The translations under genes were made by a program, and so were the position numbers. A stretch of DNA of 32,000 bases, from positions 780,001 through 812,000 of the forward strand of contig NC_016070.1 in assembly GCF_000253055.1 (NCBI RefSeq). Reading direction: 5' to 3'. Every line of letters begins with the position of its first letter. Positions within the stretch are counted from its first letter, which is position 1. The notes beneath the pieces are model-generated. The model had not been told where the DNA came from. It ran no database searches and worked only from the letters and a program-made list of their open reading frames with translations. This document shows, piece after piece, positions 26,035 through 32,000 of this stretch. The DNA comes from Thermoproteus tenax Kra 1. GTDB lineage: Archaea; Thermoproteota; Thermoprotei; Thermoproteales; Thermoproteaceae.

Positions 26035-26230
26035 GCGGTGAGGGGCAGTCCCATGAGGGGCTCTGCCCCGATCAGGTCTGTCCCGGCTCGAGGAGGGGGC
26101 CGCGCCGTTCCTCCATGCCTGATGACCCTGTGCCGGAGGTAGCCGGGCTGCCAATTAAGGCGCAGGCGAGGAGGAAACCCCTAGGCGTGAGTAGCCAACA
26201 ATAATCAACGATGACCGCCTAGGGGCAAAC
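26035..26230 (+). ncRNA. candidate structured non-coding RNA, identity and strand unresolved
   Basis: TATA-like cttaaaata at 26006-26014. The downstream 200 nt are 65% G+C by my count. Helices: ggggcag/ctgcccc (26042-26069), atcagg/cctgat (26071-26123), cccggct/agccggg (26082-26147), cccctaggcg/cgcctagggg (26178-26225). This is the only long gap between convergent genes in the window. Confidence 0.25.
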
Positions 26231-26232
26231 GG

Positions 26233-28623
26233 CTAGCCTAGCCAGACCAAGCCTTCCTCATCGATCTGCTCCCGTCCTCTGCCTGCTCTCACGGCTCTCA
26301 CCTTGTGAGTCAGACGTAGATCCTCAGAGGCTTGAAGGGCTTGTTCGGGGACGTAGAGATCAGCATCTAAGGGCGCGGCCAAGCTGATGCCCTTGCTGTT
26401 CTTATATTTCCACACGGCCTTGTTTATCTTCTCGGCCAGAGCCAACAGAGAGTGATCGCCTTGCCATTCGGCGGGAGGATCGTCGATTAACTCCCTATGT
26501 ATACTCCTCCCATAGAGCTCTCTCCAGACCTTGTCGGTGACGAAGGGCATTATTGGGGCCAAGAGCTTTAGCCCGTACTTCAATGTTGCGTATAGAGTGT
26601 AGATAGCTCCATTCTGCTCCTCTTTAGAGAATATCCCCTCTCTGTTGTAAGCTCTCGACTTCACGAGCTCTATGTAGTGATCGGCGAACTCGTGCCATAT
26701 GAAGTCGTATAGAGTCAGGGCGGGGACGTAGACGTCGAAGTCAGTATACGCCTTGATGACGGTCTCCGCCACGGCGTACGTCTTGGCCAGCATGGCCCTG
26801 TCTATGGGCATCAGCTTGTACGACGCCGGTTCCTCGAAGCTTGAGACAAAGCGCGATATGTTCCAGATCTTGGTCACGAAGTCTCTCCCCTCCTTTATTA
26901 GAGATTCCAGATATCTGTAGTCGCTGCCCAGCTTGGCGGCCGCAGCGGCCCAGAATCTGACGGCATCGGCGCCATACTTTGTGATAGGAGGCATGGGGTC
27001 TATTATATTTCCCTTGGACTTGTGCATGGCCTCCCCCCTCTCGTCTAAGCCCATTCCGCTGATCCTGACGTACTTGAACGGAAGGTTGTTGAAGAGCAAG
27101 TACGCCCTGAGTAGGGAGTAGTAGAGCCATGTGCGTATTATCTCATACCCCTGAGGCCTCAATATCCTATCTGGGTAAACTCTCTCGAAGATGCCGAGCC
27201 CCTTTGTGTAGCCCGACGCATACATCCAACTTATCGAAGAGTCGAACCACGTATCCAACACCCGCGTATCGCCGACCAGCTCGCCATCTGGACACTTAGC
27301 TTTAATCTCCGGAGGCGGCTCATCGCGCCAAGGCCTATAGTATCTTCCGCCATCCGGCACTATAGGCTCCACGGAGTCCCCCCTCTTACAGTACCATAAG
27401 GGCACCTCAGTGGCGTAGTACCGTCTGCGGGATATAGGCCAGTCGAACTCAAGGGACTTTATCCAGTCCTTCAACACGCTTTTAAACTCAACTGGTCTGA
27501 ACTCCATCTTGTCTACCATCTTCAACAGCTCTTCCTTGAACTTAAGTTGATGTACGAACAACTCCCTGGTAGTTATTATCTCTAGCGGGGTGCCACAGCG
27601 CCAACATACAGGCACGGTGTGTGTCAGATGCTCCTTCTTGATCAAGAGGCCCGCCCTCTCGAGATCCTCAATTATCTTGGATCTGGCCTCCTTAATCGAC
27701 AGCCCAGCGTAAGGCCCCTCCTTGATTATCCCGCGTTCGTCTATGATGACCTTTATGGGCAACTTGAGCTCATTTACTATGGCTAAGTCGCGCGTATCTC
27801 CAAAGGTCGAGATCATAACGAGGCCGGTGCCGTACTTGGGGTTCGCCGCAGGGTGGGGCAGGATGGGCACCTCCTGCCACATGGGCGGAACAAGGGCGTG
27901 TAGGCCTTGTAGTCTCTTGTAGCGTTCGTCGTCGGGGTTGAATATCACGGCGACGGTCGCAGGGAGGAGCTCTGGACGGGTTGTCGCAATGACTATGTCC
28001 TCGCCGGTCTCTTTGACTCTGAACTTAATATAGTTTAAGTAAGTCTCGCCCTCCTTATACTCCACCTCGGCCTCCGCCAGCGCTGTGCGGCAACGGGGAC
28101 ACCAGAGGGTGGGCCTCTCTGCCTCATAGATGAGCCCCCGCCTCCACAAATCTATAAAAGTCCTCTGGGTCATAGCCCTATACTCCTCGCTGTCAGTGCC
28201 CTTGTCCCAGTAGGTGAAGGACATCCCCCACCGTCTAAACACTGTTATGAACTCCTTCTCTAAGTTGTCGAGCTCAGTCTTACACATCTCAAGGAACTTC
28301 TCTCTAGGCACCTCGTGGGCGTTTATGCCGTACTTCTTTTCAACTTGCACCTCGACGGGCAGGCCGTTTCTGTCTAAATAGAAGGGAAATATAACGTTGT
28401 AGCCCCTCATTCTGTAAAACCTAGCGACCATGTCTATCTGCGCGTAGTGCGCAGCGCCCCCTATGTGGGGCCTTCCGGACGGATAGGGTGGAGGCGTATC
28501 TATTACGAGGATCTTCCCTATGTCGGAGTTGAACCTAATAGCGAAGAGCCCCTCTTTTTCCCAAGCGCGTATCATCTCCTCCTCCCACTGTAGATTCCAT
28601 CTAACATCCTTAAGCCGCGACAT
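26233..28623 (-). CDS. valS: valyl-tRNA synthetase
   Basis: Class Ia synthetase with HIGH-type TPPPYPSGRPHIGGAAHY and KMSKS-type MHKSKGN. 796 aa fits archaeal ValRS rather than LeuRS or IleRS. Confidence 0.8.
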   Translation of the reverse strand: MSRLKDVRWNLQWEEEMIRAWEKEGLFAIRFNSDIGKILVIDTPPPYPSGRPHIGGAAHYAQIDMVARFYRMRGYNVIFPFYLDRNGLPVEVQVEKKYGINAHEVPREKFLEMCKTELDNLEKEFITVFRRWGMSFTYWDKGTDSEEYRAMTQRTFIDLWRRGLIYEAERPTLWCPRCRTALAEAEVEYKEGETYLNYIKFRVKETGEDIVIATTRPELLPATVAVIFNPDDERYKRLQGLHALVPPMWQEVPILPHPAANPKYGTGLVMISTFGDTRDLAIVNELKLPIKVIIDERGIIKEGPYAGLSIKEARSKIIEDLERAGLLIKKEHLTHTVPVCWRCGTPLEIITTRELFVHQLKFKEELLKMVDKMEFRPVEFKSVLKDWIKSLEFDWPISRRRYYATEVPLWYCKRGDSVEPIVPDGGRYYRPWRDEPPPEIKAKCPDGELVGDTRVLDTWFDSSISWMYASGYTKGLGIFERVYPDRILRPQGYEIIRTWLYYSLLRAYLLFNNLPFKYVRISGMGLDERGEAMHKSKGNIIDPMPPITKYGADAVRFWAAAAAKLGSDYRYLESLIKEGRDFVTKIWNISRFVSSFEEPASYKLMPIDRAMLAKTYAVAETVIKAYTDFDVYVPALTLYDFIWHEFADHYIELVKSRAYNREGIFSKEEQNGAIYTLYATLKYGLKLLAPIMPFVTDKVWRELYGRSIHRELIDDPPAEWQGDHSLLALAEKINKAVWKYKNSKGISLAAPLDADLYVPEQALQASEDLRLTHKVRAVRAGRGREQIDEEGLVWLG

Positions 28624-28701
28624 AACGGTAGGACGATTCAGCCACCTTTTTTAAAGTAACTTCAGAGAGAAAGATTTTTAAAAACGGCATAGTGGGTTCC
28701 G

Positions 28702-29364
28702 ATGCTAAATCGTGAAATTTATTTAATTGTAAACAACCTCGGCGGGAGAATAGGCGAGTTCCTCATTGAGCTCAACTATGATCAGCCCGGCATCTTGGCC
28801 GCGCTTTCAAACGTCTTTGCCGACAACAACGCCAACATATTGAACATAGCTCTGGACTCGGGCCGCACGAAGATGCACTTCATCGTCGACATTACCTCAG
28901 TTGAGGAGCAGGATCTAGAGGATCTTCCCAAGAAGCTCGGCATGTTCGCGTTCACTAAGAGAGTCCACTACAGATATGTGTCTAAGAGGATCTTTGTGCC
29001 CAGGTGGATAGTTCACGTAATAAACAACGAGCCGGCTCTAGCTTTGGAAAGAGACTTTGTCGCCAAAATAAACGATCTCGAGAGGCTCGCTGTGGATATA
29101 GCGAAAAGGGACGCGGAGATTATAAAGTCGGCTTTGCAGAACGGCGATATCGACGAGCTGAGGGAGGCCGTCTATATAGTCCAGCTCCGTGGACTGGCCA
29201 CCGTCCAAGAGGACGCCAGCACTGCCAACGTGGTCAATGTGAAGTACTGTAGAACGATCTATCCGATGTTCAGGAGATATATCGAGACCCTTATCTCCTC
29301 GATCTCCAACAGAAGCTATAGGCTAATCGACGAGGGCGCGTGCATCAGGCTGCAGATAGCTTGA
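28702..29364 (+). CDS. ACT-domain-containing hypothetical protein
   Basis: N-terminal ACT-like fold signature LIELNYDQPGILAALSNVFADNNANILNI. The C-terminal 130 aa are unassigned. Confidence 0.5.
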   Translation: MLNREIYLIVNNLGGRIGEFLIELNYDQPGILAALSNVFADNNANILNIALDSGRTKMHFIVDITSVEEQDLEDLPKKLGMFAFTKRVHYRYVSKRIFVPRWIVHVINNEPALALERDFVAKINDLERLAVDIAKRDAEIIKSALQNGDIDELREAVYIVQLRGLATVQEDASTANVVNVKYCRTIYPMFRRYIETLISSISNRSYRLIDEGACIRLQIA

Positions 29365-30327
29365 AAGATGCCTTAGATATTCGTCCAGTAGGCCGGCTTT
29401 AGCAAACAACTCACAGACGCGGCATATCTCTCTGGACGACGGCGCCCCGCAGTATTTACATCTGGCGTAGCTCCCCCCGCGCAATTCCATTAACTCTCCC
29501 AGTTGGCGGCCCACGCTGAGCAAGTTGTATTTTACAGTGGGCATCCTCCTCTCGAGCTCGGCCAATGTGAACTTGAGGTCGTAACGGGGGTTAGTATAGA
29601 CATAGGGGCACTCGAGCTCCATTAGTGGTACGTTGTTGTAATGGGCATAGAGGGCGATCTCCTCCTCCCTGATATATTTAAGCGGCTTGATTCTCCTGAT
29701 CAAGTCCTTTTCCTCAGCGTCATCGCCTAAGTTGAACCACGCGAAACGCTTTAGATTGCCCATAAGCACGTTCAATAAGACAGTCTGGGCCTCGTCGTCG
29801 AGGTTATGGGCAGTGGCCACCTTAGTCCACCCCCTCTTCTTCCCTATTATATTCATGGCGCGCCGCCTCAACACCCCATCTATCGTACACATATGTATGT
29901 CGGGCTCCATCTTCCATATCCTCTCGGCAATCTCAAGGGCGGTGAACCCGAACACCTCCTTGAACGTGTAGACAGTATATGGTATATCGTATTTTTGCGC
30001 TAACTCTCTGACTACGTCCGCCCTCCCCATTCTGTAGAAACAGCTATAGGGATGTCCCTCATTTATAGTGAAAGCCTCGAACTCAACACGAGGGAAGTGC
30101 CCCCTTTTACGCAACTTCCCGAGTACGTCCAAGAGCACGAGGCTATCCTTGCCTCCAGATATCGCTATGGCAACCCTGTCGCCGGAAATTATCATCTTTT
30201 CCTCCCGGATCGTTCTCAACACCTTCTCCTCGATGGATCTGAACAAACAACTGAGACAGAGCTTCTCGCCGCTACTCCTTCGGAGAAACTGCGCTGGCCT
30301 TCTACCGCAAGACGTGCACAGATCCAC
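29323..30327 (-). CDS. PP-loop tRNA 2-thiolation protein (TtuA/NcsA family)
   Basis: PP-loop SGGKDS, N-terminal CTSCG...CLSC and C-terminal CKYCG...CRVC zinc fingers, GVLRRR and ECPY motifs. The ORF track starts at ATG 30399. The GTG at 30327 would place the first CxxC at residues 4-7, as in family members. Confidence 0.8.
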   Translation of the reverse strand: MDLCTSCGRRPAQFLRRSSGEKLCLSCLFRSIEEKVLRTIREEKMIISGDRVAIAISGGKDSLVLLDVLGKLRKRGHFPRVEFEAFTINEGHPYSCFYRMGRADVVRELAQKYDIPYTVYTFKEVFGFTALEIAERIWKMEPDIHMCTIDGVLRRRAMNIIGKKRGWTKVATAHNLDDEAQTVLLNVLMGNLKRFAWFNLGDDAEEKDLIRRIKPLKYIREEEIALYAHYNNVPLMELECPYVYTNPRYDLKFTLAELERRMPTVKYNLLSVGRQLGELMELRGGSYARCKYCGAPSSREICRVCELFAKAGLLDEYLRHLSSYLQPDARALVD

Positions 30328-30336
30328 GACCAGCGC

Positions 30337-30360
30337 TCCCTGCCCTAAAGGGCGAGGCTT
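30337..30360. repeat. 24-nt hairpin repeat, copy c (tccctgccctaaagggcgaggctt)
   Basis: 22/24 identical to copy a in the same orientation. It lies between the stop of the small Zn-ribbon ORF (30374) and the probable GTG start of the thiolase gene (30327). Confidence 0.75.
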
Positions 30361-30373
30361 GCTGTTTGTGACG

Positions 30374-30580
30374 TCATTGGAGGTGAGGTATGGCGCCATG
30401 TTTCTTCTCCACTTTATCTATCTGAACGGTGTATGTATCGAGCCGCGTCCGGAAGATGTAGAACACGGTGCCACAGTTCTTACACCTAGCTATCATTATC
30501 GTGTTCTCGGGCCCCTTATATCTATAGGTGTGGGGCGGCGGCATCGCCTCCCAGTCCGGCAAATTGCACACTGGGCACAT
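30374..30580 (-). CDS. small zinc-ribbon protein (68 aa)
   Basis: MCPVCN...CKNCG pair. ATG at 30580 chosen instead of the track start at 30715, because the extension would overlap the thyX start and has no coding character. Confidence 0.45.
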   Translation of the reverse strand: MCPVCNLPDWEAMPPPHTYRYKGPENTIMIARCKNCGTVFYIFRTRLDTYTVQIDKVEKKHGAIPHLQ

Positions 30581-30644
30581 TATGGACACAAAGTTTCCCG
30601 ATTGCCTATTATTTGTTTTTAACTGATGACGAATAATTACACTT

Positions 30645-31379
30645 GTGACGACGTCCGTGAGGTTTGTAGACCCCTCGGTACGTCTGGTCGGCCATTGGGG
30701 CTCCGAGGAGCTCATCTCCTCGTTTGTGGACGTCCTCTACAGAGGAGAGGAGCGGGCGCAGGATCCGGCCACTGTGGCCAAGAGGATAAAGATGTTCTAC
30801 CGTCTGGGCCACTGGTCAGTCTTCGAGTTCATGGGGGCCCAGTTCCTCGTGGAGTGCTCCCGCGCCTGCCACACCCAGTTCATAAGGCACAGGCTCGCCT
30901 CCTACTGGTCCGAGTCGCAACGCTATGTGGACTACGCCAAGAGGCCGATTAGGTTCATAGTGCCCAAGGGGTTCCCGGAGGAGGCGCTGAGGAGGGCCTA
31001 CGAGGACTACCTCAAGCTCAGAGAGCTCTACCCGCCCGAGTACGCCAGAATGGCGTTGCCCAACGCAACCGCGGTGAAGTTCGCCGTCCAGATGAACGCC
31101 AGAGAGCTCCTTCTGAACTTCGTCCCACTGAGGTGCTCGGCCGCGGCCCAGGCCGAGATCAGACACATCTGTTGGCAGATGTTCGCCCACGCCTGGCGGC
31201 TGTGGCCCACGCTGTCCCGCCTCGTCTGGGACGACCTGCCCAACCTCCACAGGGACTTCTGCACCAAGGTGCCCAAGGGCGAGGACTGCCGCCTATATGC
31301 CATAAGAGACGCTGAGGAGAAACACGGCCAGTTGCCCGAGAAGCCGTGGCTTCAAAGGGCAAGCGTAGAATACTTATAA
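30645..31379 (+). CDS. thyX: flavin-dependent thymidylate synthase ThyX
   Basis: ThyX signature RHRLASYWSESQRY (RHRxxSxxxxSQR). 244 aa, GTG start. Confidence 0.88.
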   Translation: MTTSVRFVDPSVRLVGHWGSEELISSFVDVLYRGEERAQDPATVAKRIKMFYRLGHWSVFEFMGAQFLVECSRACHTQFIRHRLASYWSESQRYVDYAKRPIRFIVPKGFPEEALRRAYEDYLKLRELYPPEYARMALPNATAVKFAVQMNARELLLNFVPLRCSAAAQAEIRHICWQMFAHAWRLWPTLSRLVWDDLPNLHRDFCTKVPKGEDCRLYAIRDAEEKHGQLPEKPWLQRASVEYL

Positions 31380-32000
31380 GAGGCCTAGAGGCTGGGGCTG
31401 CCTACTTGGCATATCTTCTAGCTAAGTCGGGGGACAGAGTCGTCATTGAGACAAAGCGACCCCACGACGTGTATATATACGATCTATCGCCCCCGCGCCC
31501 GCTCTTTACGTTGAAGTTTTTGAACGACGTGGTACTGGCGGATATAGTTGATTCGGCCGACGCCGATAAGTTCGAAATAGTTGTGGACTCCTGCGACATC
31601 GACGAGCATAGCGTCTTGAAACTCTACGAGGGCACGGGGTCTGTATATATAAGAGGAGATCCCTGGCTCTCTGCAACTGTGTCCCTATGGAGGGGGGCCC
31701 CCGCGCCCTCTGCGGTCGACCTCCCGCTCGAGAAGACGGAGAAATACGAGGAGGTCGACTTAGAGGTGGAGAGATACCACGGAGCCAGCTATACACTCTG
31801 TGAGGCGGTCGACTATCCGTCGGGCGAGAAATACGTAGTGAAAAGGTCTCTCGAGAGGGTCTATATCGCGGCTGACATATTCGCAGAGCTCAAGCTAGGC
31901 CTTAGAAGACCGCCGAACCTAAAGCTAGAGTACGCAGTGGGGAAGGAGGAGGTGCTCGCGGCCTTTGGAGCTAAAGCTGTGGGCAAGTCGTCCAGAGTAT
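31346..32000 (+). CDS. partial ORF (3' end outside the window), degenerate Rossmann-like N-terminus
   Basis: Not in the ORF track because it has no stop. The frame is open from 31316 to the window end, with a GTG at 31346. Translation is MASKGKRRILIRGLEAGAAYLAYLLAKSGDRVVIETK..., resembling an FAD/NAD(P)-binding beta-alpha-beta unit. It overlaps the thyX 3' end by 34 nt. Confidence 0.45.
   Translation, partial: MASKGKRRILIRGLEAGAAYLAYLLAKSGDRVVIETKRPHDVYIYDLSPPRPLFTLKFLNDVVLADIVDSADADKFEIVVDSCDIDEHSVLKLYEGTGSVYIRGDPWLSATVSLWRGAPAPSAVDLPLEKTEKYEEVDLEVERYHGASYTLCEAVDYPSGEKYVVKRSLERVYIAADIFAELKLGLRRPPNLKLEYAVGKEEVLAAFGAKAVGKSSRV

Noticed and set aside
25963-26204. Two overlapping opposite-strand ORFs of 60-63 aa in the helicase-valS spacer
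   Set aside because: Both are Arg/Pro/Gly-rich artefacts of the GC-rich region. The plus-strand ATG lies only about 10 nt from the TATA-like box, too close for a leaderless start.
14208-30360. The hairpin repeats as attL/attR direct repeats bounding a 16-kb integrated element
   Set aside because: The enclosed genes are core metabolism and translation (sucCD, ilvA, alaX, valS). There is no integrase and no compositional break, and two of the copies are only 212 nt apart.
26117-30630. C/D-box sRNAs suggested by UGAUGA-like boxes at 26119-26125 (ctgatga) and 30623-30629 (ctgatga)
   Set aside because: There are no CUGA D or D' boxes at the required spacing of about 12 nt, no terminal stem, and the first base is C rather than R.
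31402-31796. Minus-strand ORFs of 65 and 96 aa after thyX
   Set aside because: They are Arg/Ser/Pro-rich. The opposite strand carries an uninterrupted 685-nt frame with protein-like composition.
1-32000. tRNA genes, rRNA genes, CRISPR arrays, IS elements
   Set aside because: I scanned both strands by eye for T-loop GGTTCRAATCC-type motifs, regularly spaced direct repeats, and transposase or integrase-like ORFs, and found none. A tRNAscan or Infernal run is still needed to be sure about intron-containing or split tRNAs.

Overview
This is a gene-dense (about 90% coding) chromosomal segment that reads like the core genome of a hyperthermophilic crenarchaeon, probably Thermoproteales-like. That placement is an inference from three things: gene content (eS24, eS31/S27ae, Kae1, PEP synthase, ThyX, TtuA-type thiolase), TATA-like boxes about 22-27 nt upstream of start codons (leaderless-type spacing), and frequent GTG/TTG starts with 1-30 nt gene overlaps. 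All calls rest on motifs read by eye, with no database search.

Gene content, in order:
- 590-2883 (-): an operon of HAD phosphatase, hypothetical protein, NAD-epimerase and a short ABC ATPase.
- 3125-5375 (+): a divergent WtpA/ModA-like binding protein, a TrmO/YaeB-like protein and an ABC permease.
- 5346-7570: a wHTH protein, a frame-broken Fe/Mn superoxide dismutase and a Zn-ribbon hypothetical.
- 7743-11830: PEP synthase, then kae1, rps27ae and rps24e.
- 11860-15654: a PsiE-like membrane protein, a SAM methyltransferase, a DtxR/MntR-like repressor with a CPBP protease, and the Nramp transporter MntH.
- 15853-22646: sucCD plus a Cys-rich mini-protein, an aminotransferase with threonine dehydratase, AlaX and an FAD oxidoreductase.
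- 22727-25922: a Fur-family regulator, a PF04008-like protein and a COG1205 helicase with a DUF1998 Cys cluster.
- 26233-32000: ValRS, an ACT-domain protein, a TtuA/NcsA-like PP-loop thiolase, a small Zn-ribbon protein, ThyX and a partial Rossmann-like ORF running off the 3' end.

I saw no rRNA, tRNA, CRISPR array, transposase or integrase.

Items worth a second look:
1. The sod gene is split by a 1-nt frame break.
2. A 24-nt hairpin repeat occurs three times in one orientation.
3. Two GC-rich (about 65%) non-coding gaps may encode structured RNAs: 13822-14523, and 25923-26232 with its own TATA-like box.
4. A cluster of GCTAAA half-sites with a palindrome sits in front of mntH, next to a DtxR-family repressor gene.
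5. A 210-bp intergenic block has about 13% G+C.
6. A 15-Cys tandem zinc-finger mini-protein is translationally coupled to sucCD.

I did not find a convincing multi-gene novel system. The unexplained RNA-like regions and the hairpin repeat are the best candidates for something undescribed.
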